Source: Bispira polyomma
Taxonomy: Eukaryota
Length of the DNA stretch: 64,000 nt
Assembly: GCA_965649765.1 (NCBI GenBank)
Contig: OZ287756.1
Location: 48,174,001-48,238,000 of the forward strand
Reading direction: 5' to 3'
Numbering within the stretch: position 1 is the stretch's first letter; each line of letters opens with the position of its first letter. Shown one piece after another: positions 11,547 to 25,230 of this stretch. The notes under the pieces were generated by a model that saw nothing but the letters and a program-made list of their open reading frames with translations, was not told the DNA's origin and did no database searches. The position numbers and the translations under genes are program-made.

Positions 11547-11622
11547 GGACTTTGGTGGCCTAGTGGTTATAAGCGTCTGCTTTAAAATCACTGGCCTCTC
11601 ACCTCATGGGATCGAATCCCAA
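11547..11622 (+). mobile_element. tRNA-derived SINE head fragment
   Basis: A-box ggtggcctagtggtt and B-box-like ggatcgaatccc; similar to the neighbouring SINE head. Confidence 0.6.
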
Positions 11623-11642
11623 AGATTACTCCTTCATGTGAG

Positions 11643-11901
11643 TTGAATCTGAATTGGAATATTTAACGTCCAATCTAGTACCTGTTTAGGTTATATTGGG
11701 ACGAGTAGTTGGAAATGATGGAGGAAACACTGCATACAGTTGATCCAAGGTTCTGCAATGAAACCAGCAGCCCACAGTAAGGAACTACTACCTTCCCCAC
11801 ATAGGCATCAATGGGAGTCAAACCCACGCCAGCCGATCCCAGAGGTGAGACCAGTGATTGTGAAGCGCAATGCTTGCTAACCACTAGGCCACCTCGGCCC
11901 C
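11643..11901 (-). mobile_element. tRNA-derived SINE (Meta-domain-like family)
   Basis: Minus-strand ggggccgaggtggcctagtggttag..gggtttgactccc head, ggaaggtagtagttccttac..gtttcctcca body and AT-rich tail; homologous to the copies at 12644-13632 and 58572-58791. Confidence 0.8.
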
Positions 11902-12643
11902 AGACCACCATCAGAGGACCACTGAGAAGAATCTTATAAAAATAAAAAAACCCTAGACTTTGAGGCAATTCTATAGTCTATACTGCTGATAAACATAGAA
12001 AACACAAACAATCCAAAGATGCCTGTAAACGTTAAAACAAGACATACAAATAGATGATGAAAGCACCAAAGAAAAAGAAACCAATGGATCAAAAACACAA
12101 GGAATTACTCCCTGTCAATTTCTGCCTGCCGTGGAAAAATCATATTTTTATAACTTAGGAAGAACCAAAACATCCATTATGATCTAAACATGTTGTGTAG
12201 GTTTTCTTCATATTATTAGAATATTTATAGACAGGAAGAGGTATTTTTATCTATTATTTTTAATAATAAGAAAACATGTATTTTAAAGAATGAAAATGAG
12301 TTTCACAGTTTCACTTAATCATAATCAAATACACAGGAGTTTAGAAAAAAGAGGTTTGGTGGCAAATGTTCTTCTAAAAACACTTCTTAAATCCCTCCAA
12401 TAAAAAAATTCGCAAGCATAATGTTGGGTTCTTATTAGTAAGTGATGAGAGTTCTAAAAATACCATAATCTAATCTTGAGTCTCTTTACTCAAAGCTGGA
12501 ATTACAGACTTAATTTGAAATTTAAAACGTTTACTAGCTTAAGTAAATACTTTAGACTGGCTAAAAACATAAACAATTAACAGAGCTTTAATTTGGTGTT
12601 ATTCTTACGCTTTTCAACATGCTAAAACTTATGTGAAACAATT

Positions 12644-13632
12644 GAATTGGGATATTTAACGTCCACTCTAGTACCTGTTAGGTTAGGTTACATTGGGACG
12701 GGTAGTTGGAAACGCTGGAGGAAACACTGCATACAGTTGATTAAAGCCCATTGCACACTGAAACCGGTGCGACGCGACACGACACGGCCCTTGCCGACGC
12801 GACACTGCAGCAAATATACTTTGCTTGCACACCAAAAGCGACAGTAAACAGCAGTATTGACATTCTGCTGGCAGCCTTCTCATTAGTAACAAATGCTTTA
12901 TTAATATACATCCACATTTGTAAGTCTCCTGATAAGTAAAATTAATCAGCCGCCTATATGAATTACAATTAATGATTATGTGTGATTTCCAGAGGGTGGG
13001 TTTGAATTTTTAATTGCCTATCTCACTTTTATTAATATAACTGGCATCCCTCAATTGCTCTGACATAAGGAATTTCAATTAGTGACAATTGGTTTACCTA
13101 CCCAACTTTGAACTGACACTTCTCAATTGTTAATTGCGATTTCTACATTAAATTGCATAACTATTAGAAGTATATGTATGCTGGTCAAAACAATGATCTT
13201 AAACATGAAGGAATAATCAGAACTTACCTGCTATTGGAATTCCATAATGAAGCAATGCCAGTATAAGAAGCTAACAAAAAGTTATTATTTTTAGCATTTT
13301 CATGGACGACTCAGACGCGACACCACAAAAATATAGAGAAAATTCTATTTAAAAAAACGGGTTGCGTCGTGACGTGTCGTGTCACGTCGTCCTCAGTCTG
13401 CAATGGCTGGTTATTTTATTAGGTTTCTATATTTTTGCTGTGTCGGGTTGCGTCGCGTCGGTTTCAGTGTGCAATGGGCTTAAGGTTCTGCACTGAAACC
13501 AGCGGCCCACAGTAAGGAACTACCACCTTTCCCACATAGGCATCGACGGGATTCAAACTCGCGCCGCCCAGAGGTGAGAGACCAGTGATTGTAAAGCGCA
13601 ATGCTTGCTAACCACTAGGCCACCAGGGCCCC
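12644..13632 (-). mobile_element. Same SINE family, interrupted by a MITE; flanked by a ~14-bp TSD
   Basis: The SINE halves 12644-12743 and 13481-13632 join seamlessly; cttatgt(g/c)aaacaa lies on both flanks. Confidence 0.8.
12745..13480. mobile_element. PIF/Harbinger-type MITE with TAA TSD
   Basis: TIR agcccattgcacactgaaaccg / cggtttcagtgtgcaatgggct, taa on both sides, subterminal cgacg/cgaca repeats. Confidence 0.8.
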
Positions 13633-14549
13633 CTTATGTCAAACAAATTTAGAACTACATGTACTTCTTATATTAGCTTTAGGAGAACATCATTACATAC
13701 AAACCTAATTTGGGGTAAATTTTTGATCAATATCGGCAGACAATGGTTAATATAGCTAGTAAAAACAAACACCAAGCTAATATTGTACTGACAAGAGAAA
13801 AGAACTAAAACTGATGTGCCTCGATTTGCCTCCATAAAACTGGTCAACAAAAACCTAACCAGAGTTCAGTTCTTATCAAAGAGGAGAATCAACCTCATCA
13901 TTATATAAATATCATAATAAGCCCATTACTACCATCTCTTACAGTACAGTAGTAACAACTTGTCCATGGCTGTGGAACCACCTTATAAATTCTATTACAG
14001 GCCAATCTGTATTCCACAAGCCGCTTCACTAAGCAACGCTGGCTTCACTAAAATTACTGCACATATAAAGCCTAATGTGCAACCTGCAAATCACCTGCCA
14101 ACCTTAAACTGTGTAGTAATTTGCTACAAATATTAGATCATCAGCATTGATAGCGACCATCATATTGATTTTTGACAATAACTTATTACAGAAAGCACTT
14201 GAAGGAAATCATATGATTTACCATTAGAATTTACAGGGTACATGGTGATTGTTATTCTCATTTAGCTTTTATTGTAAAGCTATTATTAACAAAGCTCTAT
14301 AATTTTCTCTAGACTAGTAACCTTTTCCACTTGGCCAATCCTATATCCCCACGGCCACTTAGTAAATGGCAGAAATCAGTTGAAACTGTTTCCCTTGTTC
14401 TGATCAATGGGTCGGGATGACATCAAAGAAATCAAGTAATAACTCATTATCTTGTTGATGTCAGGGAATTTTTTTTTTTTTTTGTTTAGAGAGGGGGGGG
14501 GTGTTATTTAGCAGAAGATGGAAAGCTGGTCCCATGACGAATGACTGAC

Positions 14550-14571
14550 CCGCGTTATGATTACTTGTGTA
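14550..14571 (-). other. Candidate 22-nt cassette microexon of the host gene (alternative or poison)
   Basis: Strong acceptor ctttctctctctctccacag and donor CGG|gtcagt. Confidence 0.4.
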
Positions 14572-15593
14572 CTGTGGAGAGAGAGAGAAAGCTAGGGGAG
14601 TTAGAGACTGTGTGATGATAGATGATGGGTGTCCATAGGAGTAATAACACAATGCTGGAGATCTTCTCTGATTGCTGGTATTACATTAGAAGTAGGGTGT
14701 ATATGTGTGATAGAGATTCCTCCAAAGGTCTTTGCAAATGAAAGCGAGGGAAACAAATACACTGAAACCCTGTTAAGTCGATTCTGAAGGGACCATAAAA
14801 AAGTGTTCTACTTAATAGAAATTCTACTCAACACGGAAAATTTTGAGTCACAATATAGCAATAAGACCTTAACATAACTTCTACTTAACAGGTAATTCTA
14901 CTTATCAGAGTTTACTGTAGTAAAGAAACCAAATACATGTATAGTGGGTCTCCCATGGCCTAGTGGGTCTCCCATGGCCTAGTGGGTACTAACGAGTTAG
15001 TCTGGTGGTCTAACAGTTTCCGATTTGCTTGCCCCTTAATGCTGATATGTTCTTTGGACGACAACATCTTTTGGTTAGCTGTGAACACGACTAGTTGCCT
15101 ACTGATGAAGATCCAGGCAATGTTATAGGACTGTCGGTTTCGGAGAATCAGCACCTACGTTGATGATAAATAAATAGGGCGCTTTGAATCAATAACAATA
15201 ACTGTGAAGACTTTTTACACTCTATGCAAGGCACTCCACATGCATGCTTGACATTATTATCATCATTATTAGATCAGGGCCAATATTCAGAAACAATTTT
15301 AAACATTTTCTCTCAGAGATAACCAATGAGATTTCCTGCTGCATCTAAAAGGCAAATAAAATCCATTGATATAAAGCTTTGACACAAGTTTTTTTTGAAT
15401 TGGCTATTGCAAACAAAATTTGGGGCAAAAAAAGTATTGAAATAGTAAAAATTGTGTGACAAAAATGGACAACTAGAAGTATTTGATAAAGGAATAAAAA
15501 ATTTGTTATACCCCTTGAAAATTCACCATGAAAACCTTAATACTATTATACTTCAAACTAATATTGTTATTTTACTTTATTTGTAAATGATAT

Positions 15594-16114
15594 ACCAGTT
15601 CCGGTCTGGGAAGCGCCCATGGGCAAAAACAACGAAAATTGAAAGAAGTTGGGGGTGGGTGTTTGCGAGAATGGGTGTTTACGCGAACTCATTTTTGATT
15701 TCATCTGTATTAACACTATAAAATGACATAAAGCACATAAAAATAAGCTATTTGATCTGTGAAATAGAAAAATCAACAAATCTATACAATTCCTTGCGGA
15801 AAACAGCCCCATTTCGTTGTTTTATCTCCAACTGTGTACCGGAAATTACAGGTGCTCCCAGTTGAAAAAAATGTCACCATTCTTAGTGTACACAGGAACC
15901 GCAAATGATGGTTGCTTATATGACCAAGTTACCTTAAACTGGTATGTTATGTTCAAGTTTTGCATATAAAAACATTGATTTTTGATACCTTGTTTATGAT
16001 ATTTGTTGTTATATGATATGTTTTTTGCAAAAATAATTGGCCGTTTTCCGTAATATTCAAAAAGTTTGGGATGGTCGTTTACGGGAACATGGGCAAGATA
16101 GAGAGCGGAACCGG
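15594..16114 (+). mobile_element. MITE family (TIR ccggttccgctc, TA TSD; Tc1/mariner-pogo type), copy 1
   Basis: ta-ccagttccggtc...gagcggaaccgg-ta; colinear with the 27056-27566 copy. Confidence 0.8.
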
Positions 16115-17889
16115 TAATACCAATGAGATTGACACAACAAAAGAAATGGGATTCAAACCCACATTGTTGAGAGACAAGTGATTGTTAAGCAAGTACAATT
16201 AACCACTAGGCCAGGTTTTTTTTTTTTGTCCTACAAAAAATTTAATTTTTTTTTTTTTTTTTCATATTTTTTTTGTCATTAAATTGGTACGCCTGGGCGG
16301 GCGTACTGGCGTTAATGGTGGCTACGCCCCTCCTAATATTCACAATGTAAGGCAGAACGCTATTACAGTAGTATTTATCACAGTTTGTCTACAGATTCAG
16401 TAGTACAGTAGAACCTCTATTATCCGAATATTGAATTTGATATGTACAGTGCAGATGTGCAGGGGAATAAGAATTGAGACCTTGCCACGTTTTCAATCAT
16501 ATTCATATTTTATTGTCTCGTTCTTATGATGACTATTGAGACACTTTGGATATACATTCACTAAGCAGGTAGTAATATATTTTTATTACTTTTGCGGTGT
16601 TCCTTAATACTCTGTTTCAATAAACCTTACAGTGTTAAAACATGTTTAAGGATAAATCTCTGACAGACATACAGCATTTTTACTGTATGTTTCTGTAAAA
16701 ATGGTATCCCTATAAGAACACTGCCATTATAATACCTAAACTCTCAGTGAAGTTTTGTAAGTGGCAATTTATTTGAATCTTTCCAATTCAAATAAATAAC
16801 AGTATCATAACAATACTGTATTCTATTTAAAACTTTTATGTTAAGAAACCGCACTTTACCTGCCTTGTCTTAATGAACTAAAGGTACATACCTAGGATTA
16901 CACAAGCATCCCTTGCCACGTTTCACAAAATTGAATTTGATATGACCTCAGTTCTTCTCTCCCGAATTTATGTCTTCCTATTGTTTTGTACAGAATCAAA
17001 CTTCTATTTTATAAACCTTCTATCATCTGAACAAAATCGTCCTCTTATCACTGAATATTTGTAATATTACAAATATAACACAAGCTATGCTTTCAAAAAA
17101 AAAAATCTATTTTTACCACTGGTCATAGATAAAAAACATACTACCAAGGCAGAAAATACAGGGGGTTTTTCTGTGTTTCTGCACCGATTTCTTCTATCTC
17201 ACAAAAACCAAAAAAAGTCCATCCCCAATAAACTAATCAAATCTAGGCATGATCTAGTTTGACCAACTTGCCAATATTTCATCTTTAATAGCCATTTGCA
17301 CATCAATAAAACTCTAAGGGAGAGGAAAAACTAGGGAATTATTTATAAGGACATTATTTTCATTAATTACATGAATCAATGAACAAAAACATTGTGCTCT
17401 ATTAATTCCATTATGGATCAATTTTTTTCTCACTGTTTAAATGGGATTTTTTAAGACTGGTAAAAGGAACGTTCTTGTTGGGGAACATGTGGTTTTAAGA
17501 GCCTGTGAAAGAAACAGCTGTAGTTTTCTGGTGATGCAACATTATCATTATTACTTATGTAAGTACTTACCCTTCCTTATAACAGTAATTGCATGTTCAT
17601 CTTAAGAGCGAGCAGAAGGTAATATTATGTGCTGTAAACACCTTAGTCTATGCACACATCATCATGTATGCAGCTTCTGATATACACATACTACTCCCGA
17701 TTCGTGTCAGCGAATGTTTGTCTCCTTATCATTTTTGTTCATTTGTTCACATGTCTTAGACTGCAAATTGCGACACATGATTAGCGGCTTCGAATCCAAA
17801 ATTTTCGGTCCAGAAGTGAAAAAGTCGGGTAAGAATGTAAAATTTCACTGTTTAAGGTGATAATCAACTAATTTTTATGTAAAGAGGGG

Positions 17890-17947
17890 GTGTGGTTGTG
17901 TGTGCGTGTGTCTGTGTGTGTGTGTGTGTGTGGGGGGGGGGGGGGGG
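17890..17947. repeat. (TG)n microsatellite followed by poly-G
   Basis: Read directly from the sequence. Confidence 0.9.
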
Positions 17948-18696
17948 CACTTCCCACTTTGCTCAACATTAAAGTACTACAAAAAAGGTTAAGTTTACAC
18001 AATTCATATGCAAACTACCAATAAAAGATAATTTTTTATATCTCATTTGTAACCTCTATTGTCCAAACACCTCAGTAGTTGAGTAAGATATTTCAGTCAA
18101 ATTCAGTGTTCTTCAAATCTAAGTACATGTAAATAATTCTATTTAGAAGCCTCTCAACTTCTTAAGTACATTCCATGTGACCTAAATTCAGATTCTCTCG
18201 CTCCCCAGATGCAACAATATGGAAGAAGGTCATTGAAAGTGACACAGCCTTGGGTCATGTTTCCCTGTCCTAGTAAAAGTGATTTGTCCAACACCCAAAC
18301 ATCCCCATCTCACCACACCATCAGTTCCATAACCTTGCATTCAGCAGAGTTAAGAAATGTTCACACAAATTAACATCAACATGTTAATGTCCCATTAGTT
18401 GCTCTTTTAACGCACAAGGATTAAACCACTACTTCTGGATGTTTGCTAATTACCATTTTAACGGTGTACAGGCTTGTGGACCTAGTGCATGCTGTTTAAG
18501 ACCTTTAGTAATCATAAACAAGAGGAGAATGGCCTGGCGGCCATATCATGATAATGCCACTAAAAGCAAGTTACTGACCACTCTTATCTTGTTCATATTG
18601 TGAGACACAGAGCTTCTATCTTTTATCCTTTAATATAGTCTAGTAAATCTGTATGCAATATATTGGGTTCAAAATATTTTTTTCCTCAGCTTGATA

Positions 18697-18911
18697 CAGT
18701 AAAGAATCTAAAATTTACTCCAGTATCTAAAATTCGCCACCCCTAAAATTTAAGCCAGATAAATAAAAACTGCAAAAAAATAACTGGTAAGGAAGGCAAA
18801 TATTAGTCATAAAAATATCAACTGAAGCAAATATTAACCACAATTCTACCCAAAACACAACATTTTCTAGGTGGCGAATTTCAAATGGTGGCAAATTTTA
18901 TATTCCTTACA
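18697..18911. mobile_element. ~210-bp MITE (aaggaatctaaaattcgccac-type TIR); further copies at ~39137-39362 and ~43797-44000
   Basis: Inverted ends and three homologous copies in the window. Confidence 0.75.
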
Positions 18912-20567
18912 GCCACAACCACCAATCAACCACAGTATGTATATATATGTTATATATCTTCCCAAACCTAATGTTTATCCTATACTGTATATATATTCCT
19001 TTTGAAACCATTTGAAATGGGTGGCAATAGACCCTTCAATCAAATCTGAGGCTCCCAATATATAAAACTCGAATAACTTCTACTATGCCGCACATAATCA
19101 CACCAAATTAATTTTGAACCAACTAGAGACAAAAGAGTACACATATACTAAATATAAGAGCATAACTCCCTACAGATTCAGAGATTACCCTGTTGACGCG
19201 TTGTAACCATGCGTAATCAAGGATTTTTCACTATCTCCTTCTTTCTCCAGGAAAACATGATTATGCCAATAAGCATTGGCATAATCATGCAACTAGAGCC
19301 TAGTGTAAAGTTTCCTGGAATCTGTATTCAGAGGGGCAAACTTCCTTTGTCCAATTGGTACTTTAAAAGGTTTCACAAGCCCACACAGGCTCATACAGCT
19401 ACCGCTTAATGAGAGAACCTTTTAAAGACATCCTTTTGACAATTCAAATTCACTTAAAAATTGGATTGACATATCGCTTGATTTATTTTCGCCCATCTCT
19501 GTATTGAATCTTATAAATAAAAATATTGTTAAATGTAGTTGTCTGAATGGCTGTGATTTGCCAGAAAGTTTCTGTTACTTACTGACTTAGCAGAATACAT
19601 TGTAAGAGGGGGTTTTTTCCAGGAAGACTGAAAAATCTACTGATTTATAGTGACACCCGGTCAGAAGAGAAGCATGTAATGGCAGAAAGCACCAGCCAGT
19701 AAACCCTGGTCTTCTCTCGGCTCAACTATCTTACTCATGTGGATTTAGTTTTTATATTTAGTTTCGTTTTACATCGTTTTTAGCAACCTAGGTCAGGCGA
19801 GGTTTAACGGTGGAGAAAACCATACGCCTAAGGCAAGTACCTGATTAACATTACCATATAAAGAAATAAAAAATTTAAACACACAATGGTGAAAGGCTAG
19901 TTATTTATGTAGCTGTCCCAAGTTCAGGTTCTGATAATCGTAGCATTCAACATGGTGAATGATACCATGACAAAACAGTTTCACTGGTGGAGGAAATCCT
20001 AACACAGGGTAGTCGGTTGGTCATGGGTTTTAGCTGTAGAAACAACCAGCCTTTATTACTAAGTATACTACAGACAACTGATAGGCTTAGACCAAATAAA
20101 TTCTGAAGAATTTAGTTTTGTGTGGCTTTTTTGACCATTTATAAGCCCTGACCAGACTAAGTAGTCAGCAATGATCAAATGCTTTCACGCCAAGATTAAT
20201 AAACATCAAACCCTTTTTACCTCTTAGCAGTTTGAAAAGAATTTTACACACATTGGGTCAGGTTCTTAATGCCTTTAATAACCAGGTTCTGATGCTTAGT
20301 ATAGTACGCTTAGTTTACTTTGCAATGTACACAATACACTGCTGCAAAGACTAGTATTTTTAGTTATCAATGAATTTAGTATTATTTTTAAAATCTAAAG
20401 ATTACAAACAAGTGTTTCATTCTTTTTTTTTATATTTCAAGTACAAAGGTTATACAGTCATAAATTTTACTATTAAAATATTCCATTTTCTGAACTGATT
20501 CTCACTGTCAAACACTCAAAAATTAGACAATTTTTTTTAATTAATTATATTTTGTCCCATATTAAAT

Positions 20568-21418
20568 GGGGATTCCACATTCAGGATTTAGTCCCCGACC
20601 TTCCAGACTTTGTGATTAATAACAGGAAAATCGGCAAAACGTATAGGTCGGGGACGAAAACGGAATGGTCGGGAAGGTCGGGAAGAATATCAAAAAAATT
20701 TGATATTTTGTAAAAGTGTCCTGACTTGTGTCCCCGACCTATAAAAACGGGAAGGTCAGCTTCAGCGAATAAGTTTGATCCTATTGGCGATACGTTCTGT
20801 CGGATAGGTCTTAATACCACTCCAGGCCTGTCCTAACGCTGGCCTGTCGAAACGTATAGGTCGGGGGGCGAAAACGGGGTGGTCTGGAAGGTCGGGAAGA
20901 ATATACACATATTTTCAGCCTAGTTTGTCATTTTCTTAGTCCCAGTAACAGAAATCAGTTTAAAAGTTGTTTACCTTTGCGACACCAAACCCTCTTTCGG
21001 TGCAGTTCATGTACGCGAACGATGAAATTTTTTGCTGTTATTTACACTAAACTTCCATCAAAAATGAGGTCTAAACGGGTATTATTTCTTTTATTTCAGT
21101 TACAATAACCTCATTTTGTCATCTATATTTTACAATAACATATTTATACGTTCGATCCTCATGGTCGGGGATATGAATCCGTCAGATCGCATTGCTGATA
21201 AGTTTGATCCTAGGGCGATACGTCAGATCCTATCACCAGTAAAGTAAAGATCGGGGTTGCAGGCCGGTCAAAACGGGGCGCATTCAGTTCGATCGGCAAG
21301 GTCGGGACACATTATCATTTTCCCGCCCAAAAAGTGGATTTTATTGATTTTTTCGCCCTGACCTTCCCGACTTTAAAATCGGGCCCATTTTGCCGATCGA
21401 ACTTGAGTGTGGAACCCC
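20568..21418. mobile_element. MITE with ggggttccacactca-type TIRs and internal ggtcgggaaggtcggg repeats
   Basis: ggggattccacattca ... tgagtgtggaaccccc, plus repeated subterminal motifs. Confidence 0.7.
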
Positions 21419-22075
21419 CCCCTTTATTGATGCTGCTTTGTCAAAAAATAATTTAGCATATTTTTCAATAAACATTGAAATTGTATCAAAATTTAAAGTA
21501 TAAAAATTGCTATTATAAAATTCCTTAATATTTCCCTAAAACAAATATTCTAATCATTTTGCCATAGAAAACTTATTTTTCACTTTATTCTTTGGTGCAC
21601 CTTGACAAAGTTAATTAAATAGGGTTTTCCTTTTGAACAAAAACATCTCAATCTTGGAACACAAGGCCACAGGTTTAATAAGACATACGCACTGTAATAC
21701 CAGCTCTAATGTAATATCATGCCTCCCAAGCCCGGGGTTTTCACCCCCCAATAACCCTGTGTGCCCTATCCATGATTTCCCAATTTCCCTCACAGAGCAG
21801 AGTCCCTGAAATGAAACTCTTCCCTTGAAAACACAGCGGCATGCAAAGTGTCAGCTTTATCACAAAGACACCCCCCCTGGAGTCCCTTGGGTTCTATCTT
21901 CACAGTGGAAACAGCTCATCAGCACACAGTACACACTGTGTAACGCCATCTATCAGTCACTGTCCTCCTACTATAAAACTACTGCAGAAGAGGCTTTAGT
22001 TGATGTCGTTTATTTAGGTCGTATCATTTCAAAAGTTTCTTGTTGGTGGATTCAATTTATTAATTTAATTTATAT

Positions 22076-22400
22076 TAAGGCTGCAAGAAAATGGGACCGA
22101 TTACTCGCTAGGCGATACTCGATTCGGTGCCAAGTACTTGCGACATAATTTTAACCCTAACTAAAACGAGGCTGTTTTTGTTTACTTCCAACAAATATGT
22201 ACATTATAAATACTAAAAAAAAGAGTGGTTTTGGGGAAAAATATTAAGTTTTAATGTCTAATTATATATAATTTTATGTTTATGTATGGATTAATGCGCT
22301 GTGTGTGTGTCAGAAGTAAACTTGGGGAGTAATTGGCTTCTCATGTGTGACTCAGGCCACAAGTTAAACCTCTTCATCAGGGATTAACTGACTGGTCGTT
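22076..22400 (+). mobile_element. hAT-like MITE (taaggctgcaag start); copies at ~36876-37205 and 60382-60735
   Basis: Three colinear copies share tactcgct..aacgaggctgtt..gactcaggccacaagt; the 60382 copy ends in ttccaccctta. Confidence 0.7.
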
Positions 22401-22858
22401 TCTAATTTTGGGTTTTTACATTGCTTTCAACAGCTTAGGACATATCGCGATGGCCATATTCATTGGTGGAAAAAAACAGGTGAACAGGAACAAACAGGAT
22501 CAAACCTATATTGCTGAGAGGCCAGCGATTGTGAGAAATCAGTGCAAGGTTGTTAAATCAAACGGGCTTCATCAAGTCTTGTGCCAACACATTACCACAT
22601 GGAGAAGTTATAATATAGCCTTGCTTTAATTGAACCTAAGGCAGGAGAGGTTGGAGGCGAGATGCCACAAGAGTGTTGTTTACCCTATTGAAAAAGTGTA
22701 AAGCAGAACTGTAAAATCCTGCTGAAGTGCAGATATTTCTCGTGCTTCCTTGACGTTTTATTTTAAGACATTTAACTGTATATACTGTACATACTACATG
22801 TATACATACTATATACATAGCTGTAACTTGTTATTTTAGCTTTCAAATGAGTCTTTCA

Positions 22859-23100
22859 ACCGTATTTACAAAAGGTCTTAGTTTTGACTTAGTTTTAAGC
22901 TTAAGATTTGGGTCTCAGATTCTGCCAGTAAATGTTCAGATTTTGGTCTTAATCCCAGTGACATTAACAAAAGATCTTTGCTTAGTATGAAATTTTTACT
23001 TTGCACCAAGACTAACAGTGGGCAGTCCTAAATATGTTAGACATACATGTAAAACCTGAGACTAAGCTAAGACTAAGACCTTTTGTGATTATGGTTCCCG
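22859..23100. mobile_element. Harbinger-like MITE family (gggccgtattcac-type TIR); related copies at 40107-40337, 52998-53239 and a left end at ~7966
   Basis: Inverted aaaggtcttagt/actaagacctttt ends; CTG and CAG 3-bp flanking duplications in the 40107 and 52998 copies. Confidence 0.7.
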
Positions 23101-23579
23101 ATTTTTAATATTTTCGATGCAGCAAGGGAGATTTACAAGCTTTATATTTGTGCTCAAACCCCCCAGTTAAGTTTCAAGTCAAGCTTTCTCTGGAGGACAT
23201 GTCACTAGACACATCTTATAGCCACTCCCTTGTCACAGTTAATGGACTCCGTCACTACTGCATGTGTCCACTAAATCACACAGAATCTATTGACGACTTC
23301 ACTAGCAATTCCACGTACTACAACCACTCCTCAACAATCAATCTTCAATGCTGAAATGCTATAAAGTAAGCAACAACAAAATGCCACAATGTTTATGGAA
23401 ACTGTCTTGTCAGTTCAGTATGACACAAAGAAATTTACTGTTATTTGAATTAATGGAAGGTCCAGTCACTTCAGTGAAATTAACTGCTCATTTTAAAACA
23501 GCCAAATATCCAAAGTAAGATTCTATTGATATAATCTTTATAAAATCTCTATAAAAGACAAAAGCTATCTATTAATTTT

Positions 23580-24006
23580 TGTCGGCATTTGGCGATGGCA
23601 ATCAGCCGACGGCCAATCAGCAATCTGCTAATGTTTTTTATACACTTATTTGAGAAAAATAGATACCTGTATTTAAACTTGAATATTTTAGCAATTTCTC
23701 AACCGAGTTTGATGCAACAAAAAGCACAATATACCCGATAAAATAAGCTTTCTCACCATATTTTCATAATTTTTTTACCTTTAGTAATTTGTGAGTTATT
23801 GTTAAAAAATCGGCAATGTTTACACAGCGACATGCGATGCCAGGCAATTTTTCCACACCTTGTACCGAAAAAAATCGCCTGGCATTGCCCGCCACCCGCT
23901 GGCATTGCTCACATGGAAACGCTTAGTTATAAATGATTGAAACTGATAGAATTGCCATCAGCCGTCGGCTGGTCGCCTCAGAATGTTGCCTGCATGGAAA
24001 CGCTCA
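23580..24006. mobile_element. DNA-transposon remnant (catggaaacgct repeats); inverted homologue at ~43115-43405, fragment at ~25600-25830
   Basis: Shared cggcaatt..tatca, gtttccatg and gtaccgaaaaaaatc segments. Confidence 0.6.
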
Positions 24007-25109
24007 CTTACATCTGTATGCAACAAACAATACCTCTTAATGAGAATAACAATTGTGAATTACATTTCATACTGAAGAACCAATGTAAGAATACTAAACA
24101 ATTCAAGGTCAACCAAAAATGGGAAAGAGACATAGCAGTACAAAAGGATTGAAGAAAACATGCCTTGAATTGAAAATAAGCTTAGCCTGATACAAATAAG
24201 TCTGTATTCTGAATAACAGTATTATAACATGCCAGAAACACAGTACTGAAACTCTGTGTGACTTTAAGTATATAACTGAGAATATCTTTACTGGTTTCCA
24301 GCTGAAGTTGTGAATAATTAAAATAGACCAGAATTTTGGTTTGTCTTGGTTGATGTATCGGCATTGTAGAAAGTGATACTTCTTTTTTGCTTGTAAAATC
24401 TAGGTATCTATATCCCTTTTCATGTTTAAAATTACAACTTGTGTACATAAATAATTTATTTTTAGTGGTACTAAAAATCGACATAACATCCTAGTTTTGT
24501 TATTTAGGAAGCCCGTTTTTACAAGGTCACATTTGGGTCAAGTACTCCGTTGTTAGCCTTAGGATTTCTTTGTCAATGACAAAGACTTTTATACTTTTAA
24601 CATAAAAGTAAAGGTAAAGATAGACATGTTTACAGCCCAGGTCAATAAAACAACAGTAACCCAACTCCCCACCTTGTTGGCTTCAAAATTGCTCAATTTT
24701 CTTGCTTAGTTTAAAGTTATGGTGCCACTAAAGCAGTTGTAAACAATCTCATCACTAAGGCTGTGTGTCTCCCTGTACAATAGGTATAATAGCATCCCTA
24801 CTTCTTTACTGAACTAACCCACCACTGTATCTCCTAGATTAGAATCATTATTACTGGCAATATTCACTTAGTCTGGTACAGAGGCTTAAGTTCATAAAAA
24901 AAGCATCAGTTGTTCTGGTAAAAACTTAAAATACAGTAGAACACCGCGATCATCTGAACTTCTGTTATCCAAATATTCATTTTTATAAACTAAATTTTAA
25001 CTCCTAAAACTTACAGACCTTAATTCAAAAGGAACTCCAATTAGAAGCAGGGAACCTTCCCTTGCCAATGAGCATGCTTCTCTTTTGTGGGAACATTATA
25101 TTATTATAG

Positions 25110-25230
25110 TTGTCCGGTACTTGCCGTAGGTCCATGGATTATAGTGATACAGCACTGGTTTCCTCCACTACTAAACCTGGCCGTCGCAGTATGCCTAATG
25201 CTAATGAAAGCAATGTAAAACTTAAATTGA
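25110..25230 (+). mobile_element. SINE 3' fragment (Meta-like core)
   Basis: gtacttgccgtaggtc..ctggtttcctccact..ctggccgtc..gaaagcaatgtaaa resembles the other SINE bodies. Confidence 0.5.

Noticed and set aside
11547-11901. tRNA genes
   Set aside because: A/B boxes are attached to SINE bodies and tails, with no proper cloverleaf.
14611-14672. C/D-box snoRNA (gtgatga...ctga)
   Set aside because: Antisense to the host gene, with no terminal stem and no recognisable guide.
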